Positions 1 to 14,100 of a stretch of 64,000 bases of DNA are shown here, piece by piece. Origin of the DNA: Octopus bimaculoides (lineage: Eukaryota); the NCBI RefSeq assembly GCF_001194135.2, contig NC_068993.1:2125622-2189621 (forward strand). The letters are read 5' to 3'. The notes under the pieces are model-generated. The model saw only the letters and a program-made list of their open reading frames with translations, did no database searches and was not told where the DNA came from. Position 1 is the first letter of the stretch, and every line of letters starts with the position of its first letter. The position numbers were made by a program, and so were the translations under genes.

Positions 1-1154
1 AATCACCTGAATCGGTTTATAGTTAGTTATCTAATATTCCGAAAATATGTCATAATTAGCTAATGTTAGATATCATTTTATATCTTCCATGCAGGCATAC
101 ATTTCTTTATGGACACAACATAGAAACTGAATAGAGACGCTGTGTTACATGGTTAGCTTTTTCAGTTTTACAAGAGACCTAGTTTTGTACACGTGCTCCA
201 ATGCTTTTCGTTTGTCCTACCTGGATCTGGTTTTCTGGAAATAAGCATATAGTTTTCAATTCAGAGTTTTGCGAATTGCTGTAGCATGATGGTTAACTAT
301 CAGGCAAGACGCTACCTTTCACCGACTTGAAAATATTCCATTTTGAGCCATCAAGTAATTCACATAACACTAGTAATTCATCGAAGATGAAATGGCGGAC
401 TTATTCTCCAGCTATCGAGATATCAGTTATGAGATATGAAGGAGAAACGGTAAATAAGTACAATATATGTCATGTTTCATTTAGCAGAATTGCCATTATT
501 TTTACAATACATTTGACGTTATTATTAGGTTTCTTTATAGTTTTAACTTATACCAGAAATCATTTAAAGTTTCTTGAAATAAAACGCTAATGAGATTTTA
601 AATGTCAAAGTGAATAGCTTGAACAATCAAAGTTTTAACAAACACATTCAACAGAAATTTCATAAAAATATAAACAAAACAGGATTCTTGCTAAAGTGTC
701 ACTGATGATATCGAAATTTTCACAACAAATAACTTTCTAAACAAAGATTATTATTGTTCTATTCAGTTTGGAGTGTATATCATATATCAATGTAGCGGGA
801 AACGTTGACACACGAGTTACAAATGTGCAAGGGTGAATAAAAAAAAAAAAGATGAATAAAAACTGGATGAATAAAAACTTTAAGCAAAGAATATATCAAG
901 AAAAGAAAATTCATATAGATTAGAACTACAGAATAAATACGATTATTGAAAACAATAATTAAATGAAGTTTGATTTGAAAAGCCTGAAAGTTCGAAATAG
1001 ACAGCTCGGTTACAATGGGACATGGGACCTCCAGAGTTTCATCGGTGAAGGCTCTGCACGACTGTGGTTACCTTCTAAATATTCTACAACAACTGGATTC
1101 AAACAAAGGAATCAGCTACTGTCATTTTGTGCCTTGATCGTACACCCTCTTATT

Positions 1155-1238
1155 CATCATCATCACCATCCTCCTCCTCCTCCTCCTCCTCCTCCTCCTC
1201 CTCCNNNNNNNNNNNNNNNNNNNNNNNNNNNNNNCATT

Positions 1239-1293
<55 letters not shown>
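1155..1293. repeat. (CAT)n/(CCT)n trinucleotide microsatellite interrupted by an N gap (1205-1234)
   Basis: Direct reading; explains the poly-H/P/I/D ORFs at 963-1378. Confidence 0.95.
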
Positions 1294-1297
<4 letters not shown>

Positions 1298-4173
1298 TTT
1301 TGTAGGAGCTCAACTATAATCTCGATGAATATATTCATTGTTCTCAGAAACGAGAATATAATATCTCCTTCAGAATGAAATATTGTTTTAAACCTTTTTA
1401 CTCTCACCACTTGTTTCTATCCTTTTGTAATTCCATTCCTTGCCGATGCAATTATGGTCCACTCCGTTCTATCCTCAGTGGATGAATAGTACTGCAGAGA
1501 GGTGTGCTTTCGCAATATGTATGTGTGCATGTATGTATGTCTGCATGTATGTATGTTTGTATGTATGTATGTATGTATGTATCTTTGTCTGTTTATCTAA
1601 CTATCTATCTATATACATACATGCACGCACACACAGACATACAAACGTAGTCATATATGTGTGTGCGTGTGTGTGTGTTTGCGAGTGTACATATATAATG
1701 TTCTAGGTAAGTAATAATTCTAAAGAATCTGCCGCATCCCAAGGTGATGTAGAATAAGTTAGTCGGTGTGGATACACAACAACACTAATTCAATAGATTC
1801 AGAATTTCGCTTTCTAAACCGATCGGCCAATGTTCTGCCTCTCCGCATTTATTTAATACTGTTTCAGTAATCCATAATTAGTAAAGAGATATACAAATTG
1901 CAATGATAAATACAATCACGTAATGTTTCTTTCAGGAAACAGATGCTTAGTGACTAATTACAGGTGATATGTCGACATTCACTGACAATAAGTTAATTGT
2001 TGATATTTTGTCAGAAAACATCGTGAAATATATTAAGAATAGTTTTAATTGGCGATGAATATCTCAGTTCACCTGTGACGACTATTTTCTTTGTCTCCAA
2101 GTCTAACGACAACGAAATTTTGATTTCTTTCGAATTATGAAGCAATTACTCTATGTGAGGGAAATTAATTTTACTGTTTGAGGATAGATTCGGCACAATT
2201 AATTCAGTGTTAGATTAAATATTTGTGTTAACTCTATAGTAAGACATATTTCACATAATAATTTAAAACAAACCACTAAATGCATATCATCATCAACAAA
2301 AGTATTTTTTTGAATAAATGTAATGTAACTCTGTTTCCTTTTGTTTCACTTTAATATCTCAAAAGAGAACGACCGCAACCCATAAACATTACTTCACTGC
2401 ATTTGTAGATGGTCAGATGCAACGGAGATCGTTATCCTTATACACAACATCGGGATCTTGTGCCTTCCACAGACTGGAATCATTTGAATGTACCTAAAAG
2501 TGAAGTGATGATTCTCTCATCTGATATTCACAAGTTCAAATCTCTCCGAATCAATGCAACAGACTGTAGGACTTCGTAACAACAAAAGGTTTTCTGTATC
2601 AGTGGATGTTTATATATGTCACAAGTGGTAGAAGTGGAATTGGTAAATAGGAAATAGGATCTTTAGAATAAAATAGAATATAAATATCAATCTACAGGAT
2701 ACATTTTAAAATAGCGAAACACATTTCTTACTGCAATATTCCACTCCGTAGATTGAAAGCAGAATATCTTGCTTCAGTTTTTTTTCTCTCTGATGTAATA
2801 TGAAGATTGGATTAGAATTTAATAATTTTCCTGCGGATTACCACAATATAATTAGAACGTTTCTCTCAAAGGAATTTTCATTATGTGTCCATATTGTATG
2901 AAGTAATTGAAATTAGTTTAGCTCGAGAGGTAAAGACGGCTCTATTTCACTTGTGAATTAAGTATGGTCTTGCAGTAATCCATAATTGTGCTCTTCAGAA
3001 TATAAACTGAATTTCACTGGGGAAAAAGTTTGATGACAACGTCATAGTGTAATTATCCGATCCAGAATCCGTAGCATACATCGGATAGTGAATATACAGA
3101 CAATCTGGCTTTCAGGAATGGCACGTCGTTGGTTTCTTTAAGAAGCTCTTGCACTTTTTAACGTTTTGTTTTTACTCTGTTGGGCTTTCACGCAATCTCC
3201 TCACCCAATATACTTCCTGCTCATGGGGACTTAATATCCGACCACCCTTATTACTTGGAAGCACTGGGTCACATGGTCGTGGAGCAGTTAGAATCTGATC
3301 TGACCTGATTAGACATAGTTGTAGTAATATAGCAGTTGTATTACAGCAAAATATGCTATGAAATATAATGCTATAACTATAAAAATAGAGTTTTTTGTAG
3401 TTCTATAATATAATTCAGAGAACCTATAATTATAGTGGTTGGGTCTTCAATAAGATATTACATAAACGACGACTAGAGTTGGCACAAAGGAGATACTTCT
3501 GTTCATGTTACCGTGCAGGTTTAAAGCGTCTATTAAGCAACATGTTTTATAGGTGTTTCCATATAATCACGACACGTTTCACTATCATTTTTTCTGTTTT
3601 CTATTCTGCTCAACAAATTTCATGAGAGATTTTCTCAGCCGGAAACGAAAGAGCGACAATAACAAACACAATGACACGATTGCTCCAAGTATGTGAGTAT
3701 TTGTGTGTGTGTTCATGCGTGATTGTGTATGTGTGTTTGTAGTACAACTGGTTCTTTGGAAAACACTTGACGTGAAAACACCTGTGGATTTACGAGCAGG
3801 GACAATCTCATACGATGAGTAAATAATATAAAATATTAGAGAAGACTACAATAGCAGCACCACGAAGATAAATCCATTTATGTATCGCCATACATTATAC
3901 ATGCATATAAACATATATTCACATCTATCTAGATACATAAACATAAATGTACAGATACATATATACATAACCACCCAACTCAATATAAATTGTAGATCCA
4001 ACCCTAGGATGGTTCCAAGTGTAGCGTATGTATAAGAGAAGACCACAGGTGGAGTTCAAAATTCTCAACAATTGTTTCAACAACATTCTATTCATGTATT
4101 CTTAGATTACACCATGACAAAACTCCACGATAGTCGGGTGAATTTCAAACCTATAACATATAACGAAGGCAGA

Positions 4174-4177
<4 letters not shown>

Positions 4178-4254
<77 letters not shown>

Positions 4255-4289
4255 NNNNNNNNNNNNNNNNNNNNNNNNNNNNNNNNNNN

Positions 4290-4356
<67 letters not shown>

Positions 4357-4440
4357 CATATACACACACATACATATACACACACATACATATATATATG
4401 TATGCATGTATGTTTGTGTGTATATGTGTATATATATCTA
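4178..4440. repeat. Compound (CA)n-(gap)-(TA)n microsatellite
   Basis: Direct reading; N gap 4255-4289. Confidence 0.95.
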
Positions 4441-5743
4441 TTAAACTTGAAATGACTACAAAAGCTGGGCAATCGCCAGATGTACATATCCCCGCTGACC
4501 AAACAAAGAACACACACTCATAAACACACATGCGCACTCACACGTGTACAGACACACACACACGCACGCATGTATGTATGCTAATTCATTCATGAGAATA
4601 TCATTTTTGTCTTATGCTTCGCAGAAATTGATTCACAACTATCTAAATTCTAACATGAAGCCTTCTTTTGTTATTAGAGAAATAACAGTACCTTAGCTAA
4701 AGCCTAACTCTCTTATATTGATTATTTCCAATTTCCGCAAATTCTTCCCTTATTATGAGAAATTTTGGAGATATAATTTTTAAGAGAACGTCTACGTGTA
4801 TCTTGACAGAGCCACGAGAAATGGAGATTGCAGAAGTTGATGCTGTGTTAATGCGAAATGAAAGATAAACGTTTCCAAATTTTAATTGTCACTCGACTCT
4901 TTAATTTCCTGTAAAGCTAAAAACATGTTTTTTGTGTAAGCTCCTTCGATATACATGTGTGTATGCATACATATATACATACATTCATATANNNNNNNNN
5001 NNNNNNNNNNNNNNNNNNNNNNNNNNNNNNNNNNNNNNATAATTACATATAATTATATATATATTATATGCAATTATATGTGTCTACACATTTATATACA
5101 TGTATATAACTTCCCTCTACACAGATACACCTTCACTCTACATAGATGTTTCCACATAAAAGCACACACGCCCACAGACACGTATAAAATATATTACATA
5201 CACATTCTTTTCGGCAAATGTTCCATTATTACTATACATTGTCTATGGTGTGTGTATATGTGTATGAGTGTCTGTTTGCTTTTGTGCTATTTTTACATGG
5301 TAATTTTTTTATTTAGGAAATGGCCTACAGTGATGACGTCAACCTAATTCCATGTAATATAGTTATAACTGAAAATTTTATTTGGTTTTATTGCATCTGT
5401 ACACAACCATGTATTGTTCCTGAGAGAGATTTTAGCTTAGCACAATGCAAAAATGATATTGTCTCGAGGTAAGTATGCAGTCTTTGTTATTGGCACATTA
5501 TTGCTTATTTATACTACAATGTATATGAAAGGATAAAAAGAAGCGCTAAAAGAGCAACAACAACAACTACATATACATACTCGGTGTTCAGAAAAAAACA
5601 ACCAACAACATTTAATGCAACAACAACAGCAGTGATGACAATACTAAAGAGAGCAGTTTTATCGAGACAACTGACATACAAACAGACTGAGAAGAAAAAT
5701 CCTGTGATAGTACAAGTGCTTAACATGTTCACAGAAGATCAAT

Positions 5744-5800
<57 letters not shown>

Positions 5801-6261
5801 GAGAACGTGTTATTTGTTTAACAGTGCGTGAGTTTTTTTAATTCCTAGCACTTGAGAGGGTGGGTGACCTTATTGAAGATGCAGTGTGTCACAAATATTC
5901 TCATTGAAGCTCGAAGTCATTTACCAGAGTGTATGGCTTGGAGGCATGTACAATTCTTTCGCTATGAAGGGACGAACGGCCCTTGTCCCACCACATTCCC
6001 TTTGACCCAGCGCTACATAAATGATACAAAAGCTATAAAGAGACAAGTTTGCACCAACACTCAGTTGGTAGGCGTTCATGATGAGTAAACCAGAACAAGG
6101 GCAACTGATGATTTTGCTTAAGGACCCAGCTTCCCCCAGGAAATCCTGTTCAAATTATTCGAGCACTGGTATGTGTGTTCGATATTGTGTCAGATATTGA
6201 GCATCTCTGAATCTCACCTATTGATTTTATTTTTACACACCTGCATATGTCATTTATCTTT

Positions 6262-6430
6262 TATTTGTTTATGTTATTAGAATGCGGCCATGATGGGGCA
6301 CCGCCTTGAAACATTTTTAGTCGGATGAATCGACCCCATTACTTGTTTTCTTTTAAGCCTGGTACTTATTCTATCGGTTTCTTTTTACTCAATCGCAAAG
6401 TTATGGGGACATAAATTCAGCAACATCGGG
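6262..6430 (-). mobile_element. tRNA-derived SINE (octopus OR2/CORE-type), 3' fragment
   Basis: Segment gcggccatgatggggcaccgcc...ggtacttattctatcgg...gttatggggac aligns with the longer copy at 52318-52675. Confidence 0.75.
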
Positions 6431-6431
6431 A

Positions 6432-6819
6432 TTGACCATTGTGTCTGTCAACAGGTACGAGCGCCCATCCATACTGCAGGGTTGTAGGGGAGTAGTTTCA
6501 CAACAACGTCCCGCTAATGGACTGGCCTGTGCAGAGTTCCGATTTAAATACCACCGATCATCTCTGGAATGTTTTGGAACGTCAACTTCCTGCTAGACCA
6601 CACCGACCCACATCGATTCCCTCGCTCATTCGGCGCTGTGCGAAGAATGGGCTGCCATTCCGCAGGAAGCCTTCCGTCACCTGATTGAAAGTATACCTGC
6701 GAGAGTGGAGACTGTCATGAGAGCTAAAGGTGGACCAACACCCTATCGATTGATGGAGGGTGGCCAAAACTTGTACTTCATAATCAGGTCGGTGTCTGGA
6801 CACTTCTGGCCACGTAGTG
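6432..6819 (+). mobile_element. Tc1-like transposon 3' remnant (transposase catalytic C-terminus plus right TIR), frameshifted
   Basis: Manual translation gives QQVRAPIHTA (QQDNAPxHTA motif), then NNVPLMDWPVQSSDLNTTDHLWNVLERQLPARPHRPTSIPSL and EEWAAIPQEAFRHLIESIPARVETVMRAKGGPTPY. Ends ...cttctggccacgtagtg followed by TA at 6820-6821. Confidence 0.88.
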
Positions 6820-7689
6820 TATATCTTGTAACGGGCCTAATTTAATTTCGTAAAATTTCTTTATAACCCTGTCATTAGTCATTTTCTTTCTTGCAATATT
6901 ATTTCTTTCAACTTTTCTTGTCTGTCAATGTTTTACAATATCTTGATACTCGGTGTTTTTTCTTTATTAACATGCGTTATTTTTTTTTTTTCTATTCTTA
7001 CAGAATTGGCAAAGGTCACATAACACTGAGGTGTAATAAGACTGAAATCAATTACATTCTACTTTTTCAAAAAAATGTTTCGCAATAAATAGAAATTACA
7101 TATTTGTCTCCCTTGCCCCGTTTTCTTTATTACTCTGGCTTATTTTCATTATGCATTTGCTTCGGTCCTTTCGTTAAAATATAATTCCCCTGATGTATAA
7201 ATACGTACATTATATATACTCTGAAAATATTCTATTTAGAGTTTCATTCAACTTCCGATATCAGAAATTTTACTATTTTAAGTGTTACATAGGAATTAAT
7301 TTATTCTTTAGTAAATATTATTCATTTTCCCACCAGCATGTCTTCACTTATTTGGTAATTATCCGATTTCTCTAGCGCTACAAAGCAAGGATATTCCACC
7401 TGACCCGTAACTAAAGAGTTATGATTTTTCACTGAATTTTAAGACGTTATTTTTTATATGAAGCATCTTTATGTTTGAAGTTGTTGGTGCTGGTGATGAG
7501 TTCGTTTATCCACATTAAATAAATTTCGGATATGTCCATCCCGTCATGAATTATCTCGCAACAGAGTCACTGAAGTCTATCACCAATATCTGGTCTTTGC
7601 TTCAGATACTTGCAAGTAATATAATCTATTACTGCAATGTCTAACTTAAGCAAATATTCAAACTTAAGTCGAAATACTGGACTCTTTTT

Positions 7690-8060
7690 TCGGGGGTGGG
7701 GGTCGTGATGGTGCATTTTTCTCCCTCTCTTTTTCTACATTCCTTCTCTCGTATCTTTTCTCTCTTGTTTTCTCATCTTTCTCCTTTCGCCCTTGTCTAC
7801 TCTTTTCTACTTCCTCTTATTTGTTTTCTTGTGTTTTCTCTTCTTTTTTCTCCCACGTCTCTTTTCTCAGATCATTTCTCTTGTCGCCTTTCTCATGATC
7901 TCTTCTTCTCCTTTTCTTCTACTCTCATCTTTTACTTTCTTCTACTCTCATCTTTTACTTTCTTCTCTTTTCTCTCCAGAAATTCTCTCGTCTGCCTCCT
8001 ATTATATTACTTAACATACTTTCTCCATCTCTTATGTTGCTCACGTCTTTGTTTTTGTAT
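7690..8060. repeat. Pyrimidine-rich (CT/TTC) low-complexity tract containing a 23-bp perfect tandem duplication (7913-7966)
   Basis: Direct reading; unit tttcttctactctcatcttttac x2.3. Confidence 0.85.
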
Positions 8061-8584
8061 ATCCTGAATAGATTTTCCCGTCCCAGTCTTCTGTAGACTC
8101 TATGAAATAATGTTCAATCGTATTTACAAGTCGATTTATTTCTCATTAGTGTAGTAATAGACAATTGAGATTTCCAAATTATTCTCATGAAACAGAAAAT
8201 AGTTTGTATAGACCTACACAAATACGACATATCATGGAAATAATGAAGTCAAATACATCCACTTGCGATAGTTTTCCCCTATTGACAACAAATTCAGATG
8301 AATTAGTAAACTTTTTAAACAATGACGCCAACAAATCCAAAGACTGACATCAAGGATGTCACAATTCCAGTACGTTGATTGTATGGGCCTGTAGTTTAGT
8401 TGCGTTATGAAGCTCCAGCTCGGGCCTGATTCAATAGTACTATGATCAAAAACATTTCATGCATGATCATGTCATCGGTTTTCTTCTTCGGAGTGTCTAG
8501 CTCCATGTTATTTATTTAAGCTTCTATCCTTGTACTCAATTATTGAAGGTGTTTATAGAGAGACTGAGTTGTTATTTCGTTCGG

Positions 8585-8670
8585 TCATTGAAGTGGCAGA
8601 CGAATTAGAATATCAAGCTGGATATCTCGCGATATTTTCCAAGATTTTTATGCATTCTGAGTTCACTCTG
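8585..8670 (+). mobile_element. Decayed tRNA-like head of the Nin/Deu-domain-type SINE
   Basis: gaagtggcagacgaattag (A-box-like) ... cattctgagttca (B-box-like); resembles the reverse complement of the heads at 41526-41725 and 57275-57490. Confidence 0.45.
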
Positions 8671-8783
8671 TTACAAATATTCGGCCACGGTTGCTGGTCT
8701 GAGGAAACGTTCCTCCCTCCGCCCACATTTTTGGAGGGCCTGTAACATGGCGCAGTCGATGCATTCCCTACAGACTAAACCAC
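8671..8783 (-). other. Possible terminal coding exon (phase 1): GLVCRECIDCAMLQALQKCGRREERFLRPATVAEYL*; unverified
   Basis: Acceptor tttattttacatttcAG, only one open frame after it, TAA stop, AATAAA about 155 nt downstream. No recognisable homology, no upstream exons found, and it abuts a decayed SINE. Confidence 0.2.
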
Positions 8784-9176
8784 CTGAAATGTAAAATAAA
8801 CTTAAACTAAATGGAAGTGCAAACACAAATATATTGGAAGAAATCAATAAAGAGTCCTGCATTCTCTGTCGAACTTGAAGTATTTAGAACAGAACACATT
8901 TCAACGCGTTTACAGCAAACTCACAGATTGTATCATCAGGGAAACAGTTGTGTTCACCGTTCACTTGTTCTTGTTTCATGTCCCAGTAAATACTCATTAC
9001 GAGGGTGATTGGCATAAGCTATCTTTCCTTAATTATATATAAGGGTATGAATACATGTATCTATGAGTCGACGGGTGATTGCATGTCTGTACATGCGTGT
9101 ACATGCGTGTACATGCGAGTATGAATGTATGTATGTACCAATAACTATGTGTGTGCGGTCATGTAAGTGTATGTGC

Positions 9177-9178
<2 letters not shown>

Positions 9179-9239
<61 letters not shown>

Positions 9240-9560
9240 GATACAAAACTTGAATCAAATATATTGCACACACATTCGCATGTTCGCGCACAGATACATA
9301 TTTCTAGTTCAACCAATAGCATTATGTAAACATGTTTTAATATAATACCGACACGAAATCTAAAATACAACATTTAAAGCGTCTTCATCATTATCATCAT
9401 CATCATCATCATCATCATCATGCTCCTCCTCCTCCTCATTATCATTATCACCACCAACACCACCATCATCTACCTCATCATTATCATCATGATCCCCCTC
9501 TGCCCTACTTCATCTTCACACTCATCGTCATCATCAACCTCATCATCATTAGTAAGTTTA
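9179..9560. repeat. (TA)n and (CAT/CCT)n microsatellites
   Basis: Direct reading. Confidence 0.9.
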
Positions 9561-10092
9561 TTATCGTTATTATCATTGCTGGTGTCGATGTTTCTATTAC
9601 AGTTTACGGTCCATTACAACCAATATTTTTATATGAAATAATAAAATTAGTCAAAGTTTTTGATGTTTCCAAAATGGCTTTAATGTTCTTGAAAAACCTA
9701 CTGTTAATATAGAAGAATTTGTATGCATGTAGCTACAAGGGTCAGTTAAAAGTCTATTAATAATTATATTACACTTTGTTTGAATCTCTTTGTTTCTATC
9801 GGAATAATCTGAACAACATTGGTATAATGACTAACCTAACTGTATTGCGTTTTAGATTAAGTCTATACGCAAACAGTTTCATTCTTTGAAACACTTTCAT
9901 GTTTTTCGTTTAATTGCAGAATCATAAATGAATTTATAGAGTAGTTAATTTTTACACACCATTTCATATGTATTTACCAATATGTTTTCTCTTACATTTT
10001 TCGTTTTTATATTTGCCGCATTCACACTTAGCCAGTTGCTATGTTTTTCTGGGGGAAAAATCTAATTAATTATTGTTTTAAAGTCAAACAAA

Positions 10093-10096
<4 letters not shown>

Positions 10097-10137
<41 letters not shown>

Positions 10138-10147
10138 NNNNNNNNNN

Positions 10148-10191
<44 letters not shown>

Positions 10192-10441
10192 AAATCTGTG
10201 TGTGTAATATGTATGTATATATATATATATATATAAACATATATGCATGTTTTATATGTGTATGTGGTTTTATTTCTGTTTCTGTATGTCTGCGTAGGGG
10301 GACTTATACGTGTTTACTAACTATGATTGCAAAATCATACCTAATTGTTTGCTAGCGTCAGCCACATACAGAGATCACTGCTCACTGACAGAAATAATCA
10401 TAAATTCACACTCACACATATATACATACACACATGCATGC

Positions 10442-10498
<57 letters not shown>

Positions 10499-10640
10499 CA
10501 TACAAACGTATACATACGAATATATACGCATTTATCTATGTACATATGTATATACATACACATCTATACACTCACTCAGATAGGTACATAATACATGTAT
10601 GTGTGCATGGGTGTGTGTGTACGTGTGCGCGCGAGTGTGT
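10097..10640. repeat. (TA)n/(CA)n/(TG)n compound microsatellite region
   Basis: Direct reading; N gap 10138-10147. Confidence 0.9.
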
Positions 10641-11151
10641 GGACATAGTATTTGCTGTTAATTGGCGACAGAAAGGATTAGGTGTTAACTTTCTGTGATG
10701 TTGGCTGTGTGACAAAGTTTGTTGATGATTAAATGTGTTTAGGTATATTCGGGGTGGGAGAGACGGTAAGATAGATAGATTGGTAGAAAGAGAGAGAGTT
10801 AGAGAGAGAAAAGAAATGAGGGAGGGAGAAGTGGATTTAACGCATGATTTAATTGTCTAATATTTAGAACATGTGGTTTTCACGTGAATGTCATGACGAT
10901 GTCAAGACTGAAATAGAAGGTTCGATTCGCACTGAAAATAAACATTGTATAATATAATTTGTGAAATTCTAATCCCTCGTTATTTAAACCTTTTATTGTC
11001 GGATTAGACCTTTTGTTGCAGGATTAGTAACATCCAAGTGTCAGAACCGATCAAATCAAAGGCTATCTAAATTCTAAACTTAAAACTTTGCCTTTAAAAA
11101 TGGAAAATCAACCACAGTTTTGTGTCGCCTCTGCCGTTCATTTCAGTATTC

Positions 11152-11190
<39 letters not shown>

Positions 11191-14100
11191 CTGTGTGTGA
11201 TTGTTTGTGTGTTTCATTATGTGCGTCAATCCTCGTGTTTTCAGAGGTTTATCACCGTCAACCGCATTCCAAAATTTTCCCTTTCCAGCAGAAGGCGAAA
11301 GTCAATGAAGGCTTCACTGGTTCCATGTTTAAATAATTGTTTATAGTGTGCCATTAATGTATTGGGACTTATTTTCCATACGGTTAAGTCTGAGCACTGA
11401 ATCATGTGATTGTTATTGCACATGTAGTTTACCCCCAGGTAAACGTTATTTAAAGAAACCAAAGATTTTCCGACCTAGAAAATACCGTTTTGTTAGTATA
11501 CCTGGAACTGTATTTTGTGATATGGTAGTCCTCCTTTAAGATGATTTGGAGGATATTTGGTTGCTATTTCTAACAGGTCTATCGAGGATAGTGATTCCTT
11601 CACTGGTTGCAACTTTGTCGAATAGAATTTCGTCAAGAATATTTACTGATAGTATATTACCAGAATTACAACATAAGAATTTCTGAAAATTGGCAGAAAA
11701 CCAAAATGGCGTTTGATTAATGTGTAACTCCATTGTGTAATATGACATTCTCTATCATCTTTAGGATATTGTCTATAAACTTTATTTCTCACTAGATTAC
11801 AAGTTCAGGTGATTTTCTGATAAGATTGTTACAGATTGCTGAAACCGCTTCATTCCTATTATTTCAAACAGCCGAGCATTGTTGTGAAGCAGCTAAACAT
11901 TATTTCCCTGTTAGCAAACAGCTGAAAGCCATTTTACAGTTGGGAAACGAGTAAAGACTATTACACTGCTCCTAAACAGCTGTAGGCTCAATTACTATTG
12001 TGAAAGAGCTAAATTATGCTTTAATTTATTTATACATAACGGAAGTTGGTTTAAATGTTGTTAAATAACCAAGGACCGGCATCAATCTGCTGGAGGCCAT
12101 TTTCCTTTTCGGCTACATTTACTAAAGTTACTATCGTTGAGGACAGTTAAATATCCTTAAAATTGAATGGCAACAGTATTGAGATATTAAAAACATCTCA
12201 TTACTATATTATATGAGTGGACACTCTATTTTCCCGGCAACAATTGTCGTTGTTGTTGTTTTGATGATACTTTTGGTGATACAGTTGCACAAAAAGCAAC
12301 TGAAATGTGCAAAAGGAATGAATGCCTATAATTAACGTTAACACCATTCTGTCTTACCAAGGTAAATATTTCCAGGATAGCAAGAAATATTTTAAAAAGT
12401 AGATACAACGAGAGTTATCAAACAACTTTCGTAATGTAACGTAATATTATGGTAGACCTACAAGAAGAAAGAACTCGAAATAATAACTGTATCACATATT
12501 AAAACAAATACGAATTCTGGTTTCCCCCAGATATAAGTACCTTATGTTCATTCAAAACCAAATATCAGTTTCATCAAACTGTACAAGTTATGCAGAACCC
12601 GAGTCGCTACACGTTTCAAATACAACAATCTTTACGCGGAGATAAGCTAAAAGGCTGCGTCGATGTTAAATTGCGGAAATCTCTCAGTATAAACCGTAAA
12701 TATAATGTCAATTAAAATCGAAGATCTCCTCCCAGATGAAAGTTCAAAGCCATATGTATTTCAACATGTATTCTAGCTTTCCATGTTTACTTTTAAACGT
12801 ATATTTCGGCTCTAATATCAGAATATAATATTCAATACAATATTGAATACATTTTGCGTAAACGTACAGTGGGATATATCAAACGTAATTAAACAAAGAT
12901 TTTAGAAGCTCAAAAAGTTGATGGCGAAAAAGTACTGTTCATAGCATTCAGTAATTTTGGTATACATATGAATGAATGCATGTCATACACTTATTGGAAC
13001 CAATCGTCTGCATTTCCTCAGTAATTTTAGCTTGAAAAAGTGCATATATATATCTAGACATGAACTAAGTAAATGTGATTTATTCGCTGAAGGAATCGAT
13101 ATTCTACGCTGAATAATATTTAAGGCCCTAAACCTGAATGTTATATGTACTTTTTGTCTTGCGTATATGCAATAGGTCACTATGATAAGGACTTGCCCAG
13201 TTATTATAAATGAATGTAATATGAAAAAAGGAAAGGGAAAAACAAGTATGTGGAGTTTGATGTATTATGTTTTATAGAAAACATAACTTGAATTTCGATT
13301 ACATTTTTTGACAGATTTCGACGTTGATGTAAAATGATTGCAAATGTTTATGTGTAATATTTTCTGCGTGTTTTTGCAGTTGAAAATATAACTTTAGCTA
13401 ATTTCCCTACCATAATAAAATAATCACAACAAAAATGCGTGCAAACATATATTACGCATATAAAATAGTATACGATTAAAATATAAAACAAATATACAAT
13501 TGAAATTATATTCTAAGCATATTTTTAAAGAATGCTTCTAAAAGTAGCATTAAGAGGATGAGAAACTATCAAAAGAATATATACAAAATTGGACAAATGT
13601 TGAACAAATTCTTAGCATTAAGGAATCTTAAACAGAACATTATAATTATGAGTGGAGTGATTTCCTATTACGAATTTTGAGTTTTCATGTTGTAAAATGC
13701 CATGTTTTAAGAATAACAAATTTTGGAATGATAGCGATTATTTACTCACTTTTTATGGAATCATAAAGCAGAGATGAGGATACAAAATGAAGCAGTTATT
13801 ACATAAAATAGTATCTTAAATCTTTTCCCAATGTTGTTTGTCATTTTTGCTTGATATTTTCATAATATTACTTTTAAATTATGACAAAGCTGCAACGAAA
13901 ACATGTCAAGTAACCTCTTTTTTGCTCCAATGAACTCTAATGTTATACAGGCCAGATATTAAGCAAACGAAGCGAATTTGAAAACGAAAACTCTACACAG
14001 GAATACATGTTTTCGGTTCTCTTCTAGAATTTCCCTTAAAAGTTAATACACCTTTTACAAAGGTTTTGTTTGTACTATAGTGAATAGCACTCCATTTACA

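Noticed and set aside
696-735. CUGAUGA-tatc-GAAA hammerhead-like core on the plus strand
   Set aside because: Stem II too short and no stem I complementarity
963-5347. Long ORFs with poly-H/I/D/YI/CV runs (also 24248-24649, 32607-33162, 38557-39482, 42377-43127, 44731-45023, 61027-61578)
   Set aside because: Translations of microsatellites and N gaps; no coding signal
7490-7640. GC-richer segment resembling a retroelement fragment
   Set aside because: No diagnostic motif in any frame; cannot classify
8530-8745. Plus-strand 71-aa protein-looking ORF
   Set aside because: TTG start, overlaps a decayed SINE head, no splice or homology support
9734-9760. Mariner-like TIR start tacaagggtcagttaaaag (similar tacgagggtgatt at 8996)
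   Set aside because: No matching inverted copy or transposase remnant found nearby
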